From: Octopus bimaculoides
Taxonomy: Eukaryota
DNA: 64,000 nt
Assembly (NCBI RefSeq): GCF_001194135.2
Contig: NC_068987.1
Coordinates: forward strand, 2,582,047-2,646,046
Direction of reading: 5' to 3'
Shown here in pieces: positions 1 through 13,199 of this stretch; within the stretch, counting starts at the first letter, position 1, and each line of letters opens with the position of its first letter. The translations under genes were made by a program, and so were the position numbers. Under the pieces are notes generated by a model. That model made no database searches and was not told where the DNA came from. It was given only the letters and a program-made list of their open reading frames with translations.

Positions 1-839
1 AACCAAACCTCACTCAAATGACATTTTGCCCGTCTGAAATAAAGCTGGCTTATATACACAAAGAGACTTCGTCACGACTGACACATGCGTGATATCGTAT
101 GTGCGTTGGATCACGTTTAACCTAAGGCGAAACAACAACAAAAGAATCCTAATATTGGCAGGTGTAGGAAAATATTGAATTACTTACAAATTGAATGTTA
201 AAAGTGTTGTGAAACATAACTTACTACGACATTCATATTTCCATTTATGGTCCTAAGCTTTCACACTTATTCATGTATGAAATCGAAACGAAAACAGTAC
301 AGTCATGAAAGTTTCATTATAAGATATGACATAAGCTGTTTTTCTATCGACTTCCTTAAATATTACAATACAATGACAGATCGGCAAAAGAGTTCACGGT
401 GATATACCACCAAAATATAGTACAGTAAATGAGTGAAAAAACAAACACACAGCTCCGGACGAAGTAGACAGAAAAGAAATTAGATCTTGAAAAGAGAGGG
501 TTTGTCATTGATGAAGTCGCGAATAGAGACGAAAGGACTTTGACGAACAAACAACAAATTGATTTTCGTTAACCAACACATTAAATAGATGATCGATTAG
601 TTAGTTAGATATTTAACCGATTGATGAACAATAAGTAGTGATATTGAACAAGTGCATATGTTGATTATCTTTGGTTCACTGAGAGACAAATTTTGCTTCA
701 ATCCATACAATACTTTATTTTCCGTTAAAATTTCTTATTTACTTTCTGCCCGTCGTATTAAGAAACAATTTCCTTTACCAAGTTATTTTCATTGTTTACT
801 ATCTTCTGCACTCGTGTTTTTCTGTATACATATATAACC

Positions 840-1514
840 ATGCCTAGAAGGAAAGTGTCAAATTTGTCTACAATATCAAGGTCAACCAAAAGAATGTCCC
901 TATCCAGGGAAAGAGAGACAGCTGCAGAAAGGGAAGCATACCAAGAAACTAAGAGACTGTGTACGACAAAAGTCAGATCATCTCAAAGTGATGAACAGAG
1001 GCATGTACGGCTGATAAGGAATAGGATCACCACTGCAAAACGAAGAGTAGTTGCAACAGCTCAGAGAAGCAACTTCTATGAAGCAGCTTTCAATTATGAT
1101 CCAGCAGTTCATTATGCAGATGACACTAGAGTTTCCATTGGTGCAGTGACAACTGAGTGTATACATTGTAAAGCAAAGAAGTGGCCTGGAGAGATACCTG
1201 CACTGTGTTGGTGTGGTGAAAAGGTTAAACTCCTTGCAATCCCCCAACCTCCGGAGACATTGAAGAAACTGCTGTCATCAACTGCCCAAGATTGCAAGCA
1301 CTTCCAAATCAAAAGTAGACAGTACAACGATGCACTAGAGATGACATCATTTGGAGCCACAATAGATTTAACTGAGCCAGGATTCGTGCAAACTTTCAAT
1401 GTCCAGGGTCAGATTTATCATTGGATTGACTCTCTACTACCCCTGTCAAATGAATCACCAAAATTTCTTCAAATATATTTTACTAGCAGAAATACCAGGC
1501 GTTGCCCGCGTTAA
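840..1514 (+). mobile_element. Truncated Helitron Rep/helicase ORF (N-terminal part only)
   Basis: ORF from ATG 840 (MPRRK...) contains CIHCKAKKWPGE...CWCGEKVKL, YNDALEMTSFG and FNVQGQIYHWIDSLLP...PKFLQIYF, the typical Helitron N-terminal Zn-finger/helitron-like motifs. Similarity stops at about 1481; no Rep or helicase motifs follow. Confidence 0.85.
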
Positions 1515-1570
1515 AGAAAATAATGAAATTTAAAATCGCCGTCTAGATTACGCAGGTCTCGACTGCTAGT
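1482..1570. mobile_element. 89-bp mini element with 8-bp terminal inverted repeats, truncating the Helitron ORF
   Basis: Starts ACTAGCAG (1482) and ends CTGCTAGT (1570), flanked by T on both sides. Confidence 0.5.
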
Positions 1571-1593
1571 TTATATATAAAATACTACTATTA

Positions 1594-1625
1594 GCCCTCA
1601 TTTTTTATGACGTGGGGCCAGCTAG
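1594..1625 (+). mobile_element. Helitron-like 3' terminus (imperfect hairpin then CTAG|T)
   Basis: gccctcattttttatgacgtggggc followed by cagCTAG at 1622-1625 and then T, matching the Helitron hairpin + CTRR end. Confidence 0.5.
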
Positions 1626-1836
1626 TATATATATAATAACAGATACTTTTACATCCACCAGCTTAGAGTACAACAACTGGTCGCAACCGTGGGTGTCTTA
1701 ATTCACCCAAGCGAGTGGCTTAACATCGGTGTGTGGGTGTCTTCCTCTTGGTCCTATTTCCTTTTCATATATTTGTTTGTGTACGCTTATATATTGGTGT
1801 CTTGTATGTGTATGTTTATATCAGACAGGTTCCACG

Positions 1837-1877
<41 letters not shown>

Positions 1878-1878
1878 T

Positions 1879-1915
<37 letters not shown>

Positions 1916-2019
1916 GCCCCACCTATCGTTTTTATATAACTACATATCTTTACATCCCCACACTCTAATAATTCATTTTTTGCAACCCGTTTTATTGAAA
2001 GGATGACTGAGTACCGGCG

Positions 2020-2094
<75 letters not shown>

Positions 2095-2665
2095 GTTGTT
2101 GTTGTTGCTGTTATCTTTTTTTGTTTACGGGCCCATCCTTCATTGTGAGAAGTTAAATATTGAAAAGGAGTGATAAATGTGTGTTTATATGTATGCAAAT
2201 ATACATTAATGCATATGTATTTATCTGTATGTTTATGTGTATATACACCCATTTGTGCGTGTGCGCGCTCACATGTATGTACACGCATGTAAATGTGTGT
2301 ATGAATATATATAGATAATGTAGAGAGAGGGTCATAAACCAATCTGTGTCCTCGTGAAGTACAATTACACGTCTCAATAGTCAAATGTATGTATGGAGAT
2401 GTTTTATTTTAAATGAGACATATATATGCGTGTTGAAAGTTCTGGAGAATTATATTTGCAGACAAAAGCATATATCAAATATAAAACCACCCCCACACAC
2501 ACTAACAAACTTATCAAAACAAAAACACTTTTCATATTTTGTACAACCGAGGTACCTTTGCAGTGACCACATGGTAACCTCAATGGAGAACCAGATGGCG
2601 TCATGGGTTCCCCCTCCCCTCCTTAGAATCTACATTCGCAGCATTCTACTTATCCACATTATGAA

Positions 2666-2960
2666 GGCGCATGGCTCAGTGGTTAGAGCGTCGGACTCAC
2701 AATCATGAGTTAGTAAGTTCGATTTCAGGACCGGACTGTGTGTTGTGTTCTTGAGCAAGACACTTTATTTCACGTTGCTCCAGTTCACTCAGCTGTAGAA
2801 ATGAGTTGTGACGTCACAGGTGCCAAGCTGTATCGGTCCCTTTGCCTTTCCCTTGGATAACATCGGTGGCATGGAGAGGGGAAGCTGGTATGAATGGACG
2901 ACTGCTGGTCTTCCATATGGTCGACTGCTGGTCGTTCCAATGGACGACTGCTGGATAACT
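2666..2960 (+). mobile_element. tRNA-derived SINE (family D)
   Basis: A box TGGCTCAGTGGTT, B-box-like GTTCGATTTC, then gtgttgtgttcttgagcaagacacttt. A related diverged copy lies at 59018-59278. Confidence 0.8.
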
Positions 2961-3055
2961 TCCTTCGATGGTATGAGCTTTTGCCGAACCGCTAAGTTAC
3001 GGGGACATAAACACACCAACATCAGTTGTCAGGCGATGTTGGGGGAAGCACACAC
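2961..3055 (-). mobile_element. 3' part of SINE family B
   Basis: ttttgccgaaccgctaagttacggggacataaacacaccaacatcagttgtc is the reverse complement of the body seen at 24630-24680 and 36600-36660. Confidence 0.7.
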
Positions 3056-4635
3056 ACACACACACACTTTTTACAAGATTCCGTATTTGTTCCCACTGCG
3101 TTGCATTTTGGTAAAAATAGCGTCCCATATAGTTTCCAGTTGACCTACCTCACGTGAGTAAAATTAGGACGAAAACTGTGTGGAAGCCCATCGGACGAAT
3201 TGTACCCTTGATTCAAACTTCCCTGTCGCACATTGTGTTTGGTTGCTTCTACTTAGGTTAAGGGTAGATGTGTCAGTGGTATACTCAACCAGTTGATTTT
3301 CACCATTATTTTACGGAAACATCATACCTGTAACCCATTCATCTGACGTATCCCTTAATAGTCTGGGTGGAAGCTGAATAGAGTGGGTCCCACAAATGTA
3401 AACTGTTTCTCAGATGTTACCCTTACTACTTCGGGTGGCTGGTGGTTGGAGTAAACCATTCGTCAAAAGCACCCTAACTACCCTGGGTGGAAGATAGAGA
3501 GGCTCCCACAACTGTATACTATGTGTCAGATATTACCCTAAGTACCCGGGGTGGCAGGTAGTGTGAGTTCACCTTGTAACTGTTATGCCGCCCCAGCTGG
3601 AGACAATAAGCATTGTGATTTGAAACTGTGACAACTCCTGTTTAACACAAGACGCATGTATACATACATAGACGTACATATACGCAGACACACACGTGTA
3701 TGTATGCATTATACTCGTGCGCGCGTGTATATATACATACGCACATACTCATGTCTGTATATGTATATACTTGTATGTGTGTACACGCACACTGTATACC
3801 CTTGAGTGTGTAGCTGTATGAAACAGTGGTAACTGACCAGATCTGACGATGGCAATTTTTTCAAGTGAAAACGCAAAGGATTATAAACAGGTCAAAAAAT
3901 TATATTAAAATTCTCCGAGGAATTCCATTAACATGATAAATATCCACCATTAAGAGATTTTTCGCTCTTTAATAACACCCCGAGGTTTCACAAGGTCTAT
4001 TGCACATGTATATTTATTTTTAGATGTTTGTAGTCTTTTTTGTTGTTTTTGTTCAACATATTTCTCGAAAGGTTTGTCCCCAGGGGGAAATATTTGGCTG
4101 TTAATTTCGTCTAATTTGACACCTTAAGTTCATCCAAGGAGCGAGTGTTTCTGCATAAACATTAGAGAGTGGTTAACCTTAAATCTCTTTCCGGTCGTCT
4201 CTAAAGAACATTTTCACTTTCATAAGCAAACCGATTTAACCCAATTAAAAAGCGGAAATGTTATATATGGAAAACACATGCTTGGCCAGTTTATCTTTAT
4301 TAAATCAAATCTTTCGATGGTTTATATATGCGCTGTTTCAGTCGCTGGATTCAACGAGGAGAACGGCGTAGAAATGAAAACAAATTTATAACAAACATGG
4401 CAGAATGTTTCGCTAGCAATAATTTTTATATGATTTCAATATAACGAACTGTGATGACATGTGTTAGTTGGAAGCCGTGGGTGAGGTTTCGTGTCACTGA
4501 ATAAGCAGACTACTTGTTGTCAGCTTTTACGCAGTTTTATATTTTGGCGGGATTCACGGGCAAGATGTCAGTTGTATGGTAAAGATATTATATAACTAGC
4601 ATGGGAAAGAATATCATTTATATAGCAGGGGAAAG

Positions 4636-4704
<69 letters not shown>

Positions 4705-4746
4705 CNNNNNNNNNNNNNNNNNNNNNNNNNNNNNNNNNNNNNNNNN

Positions 4747-4792
<46 letters not shown>

Positions 4793-4869
4793 GGGTGAGG
4801 GTGAACTTGATTTCGAACTTAACCACTTTCTCATTGCAGACATATGCCTGGAAAAGTTTTGATAGCATT

Positions 4870-5260
4870 TCTACCCTAGGCCTTCAGATGACTACCTAGC
4901 CCTGATTTGGTTTTAAAATTTGGTTAAATGTAGTACATGGGTGTTTTGTGTCAAAATCTCATCAACAGCTGCTGATCTGTCTGGCTTTGCGTATTGGTCT
5001 GAAATAGGCTTTCAGCCCGATGTTGATGAGCGCATACATTTCCGACATAAAGGACAACACAGATCAACTGGGATCCTTTGAAGCTGTGCATCCCATGTTG
5101 AGCTGTTGATAGGGAAACTTTCACAGATGTCAAATCTATGCGTATAAATGTGTGTGATATGGTCGCAAACTGCTCGGGTGAGATTATCCCTCAAGCCTCT
5201 ATCATACAGATCTTCCATATCCGGCAGTTTTCGGAGCATCGTAAATGAAACCATAGAAAT
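4870..5260 (-). mobile_element. Degenerate non-LTR retrotransposon (RTE-like) 3' coding end
   Basis: Frameshifted minus-strand translation gives ...INSSTWDAQLQR... and terminal ...NFKTKSGLGSHLK, resembling the C-terminal zinc-finger-like end of LINE ORF2; stops and frameshifts present. Confidence 0.45.
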
Positions 5261-5600
5261 AGTAAGGTGTGTGTGCGTGCGCGCGCCGTGCGGTGCTCCA
5301 GCATGGCCGCAGCCAAATGACAGAAACAAATGAGAGGAATAGAGTATATATATAATATGTGTGGTGTGCGTATATATATATATATGTATGTATGTATGTA
5401 ATTTGTATGATTTGTATCGCCGGTCACAACGCGACTCCAATCGTATCTTAATTGCGCCCGTCTTTTCCATCTTGGCCCAAATCCCTTATACATTACCCTC
5501 TCGCATTCCATACAGTCTTGCCATTTCCACTTTCAATTCGGAGCACTTGGTGATTTTTTCAACCTCTTTACTCACAACATTCGTGTCATTTGGTATGGCC

Positions 5601-6020
5601 AGGCGGCGAGCTAGCAGAATCATTAGCACACCGGACGAAATACTTAGCGGCATTCCGTCCGTCTTCACGTTCTGAGTTCAAATGCCACCGAGTTCGACTT
5701 TCATCCTTTCGAGGTTGATAAATTAAGTACCAATGAACCACTGGGATCAATGTAATCGACTAGCCGCCGCCACAAAAATTTCAGGCCTTGTGCCTTTAGT
5801 AGAAAGGATAATTATTTAAGGCGGCGAACTGACAAAATAGTTAGTATGCCGGTCGAAATGCTTAGCGGTATTTCGTCCGTCTTTAAATGCTACCGAGTTC
5901 GACTTTGCTTTTCATCTTTTTGCAGTCGATAAAATAAGTACCACTTACACACTGGGGTCGATGTAATCAACCAGTTCCCTCACCCCAAAATATCTGGCCT
6001 TGTGCCTTTAGTGGAAAGGA
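5601..6020 (+). mobile_element. Two tandem tRNA-SINEs (family A)
   Basis: Both start aggcggcga(g/a)ct..., with tgagttcaaat (first copy), gttcgacttt..catc.ttt..gtcgataaa.taagtacca, ctggggtcgatgtaatc and the tail ggccttgtgcc...agaaagga; copies at about 5601-5810 and 5819-6020. Confidence 0.85.
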
Positions 6021-6036
6021 TTATTATTATTATTAT

Positions 6037-6200
6037 AGTGAGAATTTACAAAAGAAAAAAAGACGAAGACGGGTGTGCAAACAACAAACAGGTGTATTAG
6101 TTTAACGCTCGGGAAGTGAGAAAGTGTTTTACGTTTCGAGCCTACGCTCTTCAACAGAAAGGAACACAGAAAGAAGCAGAGAGAGAAAATAAAAAGGTTT
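6037..6200 (-). mobile_element. Penelope-like terminal repeat with hammerhead-like core (CUGUUGA variant)
   Basis: Minus strand 6160-6127: tttCTGTTGAa-gagc-gtag-gctc-GAAA-c-gta-aaa. Near-identical copy at 59540-59700. Confidence 0.65.
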
Positions 6201-6539
6201 AGTGGCTAGCGATCTATCATGGCGAATATTATTATTATAACCCGACATAAAGGAGAAAATTGTGTGTGTGTGNNNNNNNNNNGTGTGTGTGTGTTTCAGA
6301 TATAGTAAAAGGTGATGAATCAACTAGATACGGGGAGTTTACCTGCAAACATCGGCGGCGGCCATATATCACACATCTCAGATAAAGGCGGGCTTGTATC
6401 GTTATCAAAATGGTATTTTAGTTATAGGAAGAACCCCATTAAATAATAATGGTAATACTATAGAAGATCAGCTTTCATGGNNNNNNNNNNGTAATACTAT
6501 AGGAGATCAGCTTTCATGGATATGTGGGGCGGGGGGAGG

Positions 6540-7620
6540 GGGGATTTCGTTATTGCTTTCCAGAATGTTTCTCGTGAACTTTGACTTTTGGAATCAACTA
6601 GAAAGTTCTTTGAGAATGTAACTAATGACAGAAACTTGATAGTTTCCAGGCAATTGTGTGTCTTGTAAGAATATGTGTATGCGAAGTGAGGAATGGCATT
6701 ATATGTTGCGTAGAAATCTGAAAACAAAATGGTAAAATAAAAGGTCAGGAGAGGGATTAACCAAAACAAGGGGTTTCTAAAGAAGGTTGAAGATGAATGG
6801 CAAGTTGTATGTGGTGCTGACGTCCCGTCTCAATCGAGTTGTCAGCGGATGACGTCACCGGCAGACGATAGGTGAACTTGACTTCGATATGTCCTCTACA
6901 GAATTTCAAATAGTATTCCATCTATTCTTTGGCACCTACTGGAATGCACGGCTCCTGAGATTGATGAGAAGTTTTTTTTGCGAGTAGCATTCAGATATAA
7001 ATGATTGGATGGGTGAATGGGTGGGTGAAGAGAGGGGAAGATAGAGATAGACACAGACAGGCAGGCAGGCAGACGGACAGACATGGAGTAATAGGTAGGA
7101 AGATGGAGTGATAGGTAGGTAGGTAGGTAGGTAGGTAGATTGATGAACGGAGAGGTAGATAAATAATCAGATTGATAGAAAAATAAATAGTAGATTGAAT
7201 GGACCTCCGACCGTTCTTTAATCTCCAGACAAGAAGCCGGTCTTTTTCTTTGATGTCATGTCAGCTTTGGAGAATTTTTGATTCTTAAGATTATCTCCCC
7301 TTGTCATTTGAAGATGGTGTTAATTGCCATTTGGTAATTATGACGTGGGAAACGGTCAGTTGAGACGATAGTATAGTTTTCTCGTCTCCAAAAAAAAAAA
7401 AAAACATGGTAGGCATGGGTGGATGGATGAGGAGTATGGCAGGCAAACCGAGAGGCGGGGGACAGTTTTAGGGAAACTTCACTGTAAACTTTAGCATATC
7501 TCAGTGATCGATGGGTAGGGTCACCCCAGGTAGAAGCAGAAGTATTTTGTATCTGTAAACTCTGACACTTCTTGTTACAATAAATTCTATAAACACCCGA
7601 CATCAAGAAACAATTTCACT
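6540..7620 (-). mobile_element. Decayed Penelope-like element (GIY-YIG endonuclease remnant)
   Basis: Minus ORF 7304-7606 begins SGVYRIYCNKKC, resembling the GVY.I.C..C start of the PLE endonuclease; downstream frames are disrupted. Confidence 0.4.
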
Positions 7621-8020
7621 TATCTCCAACGTCCTACAGCATTGCGCAACCACACAACACTACAACATGACAATCACATCACACAACACCACCGCATAAC
7701 ACTACTACTACTACTACTACTACTACTACAGCACACTGCAAAATATCACAACACACCACAATGCCGTTACAACAGCTCTCCTCAACACTTTTCTAACACT
7801 ACAACATTACTACCTTCTCAACACACACACACACACACACACACTTTCTCTCTTTCTCTCTCAGTCCAAAGACATGTCCGCCACCCCACAACGTTAATCT
7901 ACTACCCTGGACCGCTACCATTGTACTCTAGCGAAGCAATTACGATATCACAGATCGCGACCACAACACCAGCCTCGGCTCCAGAATCGTATATCTCGAA
8001 ATGATATGCAAGCTTGAAAA

Positions 8021-8125
8021 CAGCAGCAGCATCATCATCATCATCATCATCACCATCATCACCATCAACATCATCACCATCATCACCATCAACATCATCA
8101 ACATCATCACCATCATCACCATCAA

Positions 8126-8157
<32 letters not shown>

Positions 8158-8163
8158 CCATCG

Positions 8164-8196
<33 letters not shown>

Positions 8197-8245
8197 CCAT
8201 GACCATCATTGTCGCCATTGCCATCGTCCTCGCTATCGCCATCAT
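8021..8245. repeat. Compound (CAT/CAC/CAA)n trinucleotide microsatellite, representative of dozens of (AT)n, (CA)n, (GA)n and (ATT)n arrays in the window
   Basis: Directly visible low-complexity tract. Confidence 0.95.
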
Positions 8246-9714
8246 CTTTGTCGATAACCTTTCTCTCCCTACTGCCACCCCTTTACCTAGGTGCACGCAA
8301 CCAATGTTTAGTGAAACGGAACCACTACCACACCTGACCTCACCTGCGACTACCCTAATTTACAGGGGTACAAAGACAGGAAACTGGTGCATTTCAAGAG
8401 AGGGTGGTCCAGGGTGAAGTGGTGCACCACAAGGTGCATCTAGAGTACTGTTGTATACTGGTACTTTATGGGCATACATACGGTATAACGTTGCCAAGAA
8501 TGGGGCTCGATATGCTGAAAATAACAACCAAATCTTCCCGAGAACACGTTGCACTGTTTTACAAAAGGAAATAAACAGGGGACAGAGTGGTCATGATTGG
8601 AACGTCTGATTGATTGATTAGGACCAACCTTGGGCTAAACAAGAACACACTGTACAGCAAAGGGCTGTATGTCAGTGTAGTACAGTTTGATCCTCAGCTC
8701 AGCAGGGGGCGTAATGCAGCAATGTCTATGGATTAACCAACGCGCTACCAAGGGATTATGGTGAGGGGGGACTCCCAGCAGGCTGCCTGGTGTTTAACAA
8801 CAACCAGCACGTCAGAATTTCTAATGACAGAAAATGGTGTTAGACTTTTGGTGTGGGTGTAGGGGATACTATAACATCTTAGAAAGGGGTGGATGGATGG
8901 GAGAGGGTGCACTCCTCTCCACTGTAACTTTTCTGGTGAATCCATTGTGTTTGAGTTAATTGGAAGTGGACGGTGCTGCCACCTAGCTGAGCGGAAAATC
9001 TTCTCCACCAGAAAATTACGCCATCACAAGAGAAAGTAGATTCAAAAAGAAAGAAAGGTTATAGTTTTACTTCAACTGTTGGCCCTCCCCCCGCATTATA
9101 GACACACATACATATATACACATAGGCAGCATATACATACACACACGCATACACATGTACACACAACACAGTCACCATACATGCATACATACACAAACAT
9201 ACACACACGCATATAGACAGGTATTCTCTTATAACTACATACAATCACTTAAGCACACACACACATACACACATCTACACACTCACTCACACAGCCCCCC
9301 CCATACACACACACTCCCCTTCAAACTCACTTGTAGTCTCTACTCTTCCTCTTCTGCCTCATATCTGTATCTTCACAATTTCTACCATTTTTGTCTTTAA
9401 TTTAATCGTTGCTGTTTGACCAAGGGTCACCCCTGATCAAGCAAACGTACGATCAAAGACTTTCCAACCGTGACAACACGTTCCATACCAGGTGCTATTA
9501 CGCAATATATCAGTGCGTCCCATACTTGCTTTGGCGGTTCCACAGTTTATACTCATAGAGTCTGTGGATGTTCACGATAGCAGGAACAATAAAGAGCTGC
9601 AAGACATTCTGAAAATCGGAAAGTTTGAATTGTTGCACCCAAGACGGCGAGGGGAGGAGAAACATTTATTTACACATATTTGGTAAATGAAAATAAACAC
9701 TTCCAGAAGACACA

Positions 9715-9794
<80 letters not shown>

Positions 9795-10235
9795 NNNNNN
9801 NNNNNNNNNNNNNNNNNNNNNNNNNNNNNNNNNNNNNNNNNNNNNNNNNNNNNNNNNNNNNNNNNNNNNNNNNNNNNNNNNNNNNNNNNNNNNNNNNNNN
9901 NNNNNNNNNNNNNNNNNNNNNNNNNNNNNNNNNNNNNNNNNNNNNNNNNNNNNNNNNNNNNNNNNNNNNNNNNNNNNNNNNNNNNNNNNNNNNNNNNNNN
10001 NNNNNNNNNNNNNNNNNNNNNNNNNNNNNNNNNNNNNNNNNNNNNNNNNNNNNNNNNNNNNNNNNNNNNNNNNNNNNNNNNNNNNNNNNNNNNNNNNNNN
10101 NNNNNNNNNNNNNNNNNNNNNNNNNNNNNNNNNNNNNNNNNNNNNNNNNNNNNNNNNNNNNNNNNNNNNNNNNNNNNNNNNNNNNNNNNNNNNNNNNNNN
10201 NNNNNNNNNNNNNNNNNNNNNNNNNNNNNNNNNNN

Positions 10236-10281
<46 letters not shown>

Positions 10282-10395
10282 TATGTCTCTATGTATGTAT
10301 GTATGTATGTATGTATGTATGTATGTATGTGCGTAAATGTTTGTATATCAGACGGTGAAGCCGTGTAAAACGACCAATGATATATCAATGAAGAT

Positions 10396-10454
<59 letters not shown>

Positions 10455-11057
10455 AACAGTGTTTGTGTCGTGTTTACACAATTATAGGAGAACATATGTA
10501 TGTCCCTAGGAAATTTGAGTTTCTCTCTGGCTTTTAGTACAAACCTATCGAGATAATGAAGTAGCCAGCCTCCCAAAGGACTCAAACCTATTTTCTCTCC
10601 AAATTCTACAGAATGCCACACTCAGTTATTCCTTGTTATGTGACTGACATAATGTTTATTCTCAGTCTTTAGTATCTCCTCGCAAACCCTCTGATGATAT
10701 ATACTCATACAAACTCGCCTATCGTCACACTTATATATATACACATACATACATACATACATACACACACTTAAGGATGCACACAGTGAAATTTTACAGG
10801 GACGTTTTCTGCATGAAGTCCAAATAGTTAAGTGGGAGTTTGACATGATTACTGTAATGACCGAAAATAATTTTTAATCATAATTAGTCGTAGTGAACAG
10901 GAACAAAAATCGGATTTAACGAAAAACTTAATCAAGAAAGATAAGAGAAACAAATAAAAGATTTAGATTAAAACACAAAAGGAGATTTGAGTAATGAATA
11001 AGAGATTGATGAGTTTGTGTGTATATGTTCTTGTATATATAAATTTCTGCGTGTAAT

Positions 11058-11099
<42 letters not shown>

Positions 11100-11319
11100 A
11101 GTGTATGTGTGTATATGCATTTATATATGTATACATGTATGTAGAGTGTCCTACATGTACGTATATTTACATTTAATGTTCCTCAAAGGCTAAGGAATTC
11201 TCTACTGCATGGCGAGTTATTAAAGTGCCTACTTACTATTAAAGGCTCTTTCTGTTAAACTATTAAATGCGTCACATCGTACAGACATCTCGCTTTTTCT
11301 TGTAATCATTGACGAACAA

Positions 11320-11528
11320 GCAGAACCGTTAGCTCACCTGCCAGACGAAATACTTAGCGGTATTTCGCCCGTCACTAGGGCTCTGAGTTCAAATTCCGCC
11401 GAGGACTATTTGCCTTTCATCCTTTCGGGGTTGATAAATTAAGTACCAGTTGAACACTGGGGGTCGATGTAATCGACTAGTCCCCTCCTCCAAAATTTCA
11501 GGCCTTGTGTCTATCGTAGAAAGGATTA
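11320..11528 (+). mobile_element. tRNA-SINE family A
   Basis: ctgagttcaaattccgccgagg...tgcctttcatcctttcggggttgataaattaagtaccag...ggccttgtgtctatcgtagaaagga. Confidence 0.85.
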
Positions 11529-11896
11529 TTACCTCCGCCTTCGCGAAGGCGGAAATATTGTTTTCAGTTGTGTTTGTTTGTCCGTGGACAAGATATCTCA
11601 AGAACCGCTAAATGGATTCGGATGAACCTCTCAGAGATGTTTGGCCTCGTGACTGGCACGAACTGATTAGATTCTGGGATCGATCCGGTGCCGGACAAGG
11701 ATTCTGGCTTATTTTTCCGTTTTGTTTCTTTTTACTTAATTTCTGAGAGCGGTCGGGTTCATTTTTAGTATTCTCGTTTGTGAGAGCAATCGAGTTTTCT
11801 TTCAGATATTCTCATTTTAAAAATCATCTCTGGCTAATTGTTGAGAGGACGTTGGTGTTGCCTTGGAGGAGGTTTGTGCACTCTGTGTGCTCTTGT
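11529..11896 (+). mobile_element. Non-autonomous Helentron-associated element (HINE/DINE-1-like)
   Basis: 5' TTACCTCCGCC subTIR with palindrome ccgccttcgcgaaggcgg, (TGTT)n tract, 3' subTIR GGAGGAGGT (11865-11873) and short stem-loop gcac-tctgt-gtgc (11878-11890), in a T-rich target. Confidence 0.75.
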
Positions 11897-11914
11897 TGTT
11901 GTTGTTGTTGTCGT

Positions 11915-11944
<30 letters not shown>

Positions 11945-11945
<1 letters not shown>

Positions 11946-12360
11946 GGCGGTGAGTTGGCAGAATTGTTAGCACGGCAGCACAATGCTTAGCGCCATTTTG
12001 TCCGTCCTCTGAGTTCAAATCTGGCAGATGTCAACTGTGATTTCATCCTTCCATGGTCAATAATATAAAGTACCAGTGAAGTACTGAGGACGACGAAGTA
12101 GACTAAACTCCATTCCCCTCAAAGTCGTTGCCGATCATGTGCCTAAATCAGAAATCCTTTTTATTTTTGTCGTTGTTTCGGTTGCAAGATGGCCGTCGTC
12201 GGACAAGATACTGAACAGCATTTCTTCCCATCTCTTGGTGTTCTGAGTTCAAATCACTGCGCAGTCAGCTTCGCTTTTCATCCTTTCGGGTTCTATAAAA
12301 TGGCGCAGCAGTTGCGTACTTGGCTTCGTCGATGTAATGAAAATTGCGGTCTTGAAGTCG
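11945..12360 (+). mobile_element. Two diverged family A SINE copies
   Basis: aaggcggtgagttggcagaattgttagcac...tgagttcaaat and a second partial copy (gttctgagttcaaat...ttttcatcctttcggg). Confidence 0.65.
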
Positions 12361-13156
12361 AAACTTGAAACCACTGTTATTGTTGCTATGGTAATGATGA
12401 TAGCAGTGGTGGAGACGGGGATAATGATGATGATGATGATAATAATGATGGTGGTAGTGATGCTGGAGATGTTTGTGATGTTCTTTTTCCACAAATATTG
12501 GGACGATATATGTCAAAACATCGAGGAAAGAATCAGTCCCCTTACTTTTTAATTTATTCTTCACATGTGTACCTTCCTTATAATGAGAATGGCACAAATA
12601 AAAGGTGGTGGGTGGGGTGGCACTGTAGGCTCTAAAACTACTTGCTGTCATAGGTGTATTGGTAAACTAATTTTCTGTTAACCTACCGTTAGATTGACGT
12701 AAAAAAAAACTAACAGTAATGATAGAGGTGGAAATTAAGCATGTAAGAAGTTTTTTCTTTGACTATTCTCATTTTCTACATCTCTCCCTCTCTCTCTCTC
12801 CTCATCTCTCTCCCTCTCCTCATCTCTCTCTCTCTCTCTCCCCCCCCCTTTCTTCATATTTGACTTACAATTTCCGTTTATTACGCTGCACTTTTATCTG
12901 CTTTTCAAGATTAATGAACCATTTCTCTATCTCTGTAGCTCTCACTTCTTCATCTTCTCTTTATGATTGTTGAATGTGGGGTGTTTAACATTTTTTTAAG
13001 GTAGCATCTTGAGCTAATTGTACTTTTATTATTCTGTGACCATTTGGTATTTTCTTCATGAAATGTAATACACCGTATCCATTCAAACATTTATAGCAGA
13101 ACATGCCTATGTGTGTGTGTGTGCATACATATGCGTGTGTGTGTGTGTGTGTATGC

Positions 13157-13188
<32 letters not shown>

Positions 13189-13199
13189 TATTTGCTAAA

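Noticed and set aside
6451-6519. 29-bp direct repeat flanking a 10-N gap
   Set aside because: Most likely overlapping contig ends at a scaffold gap (assembly artefact).
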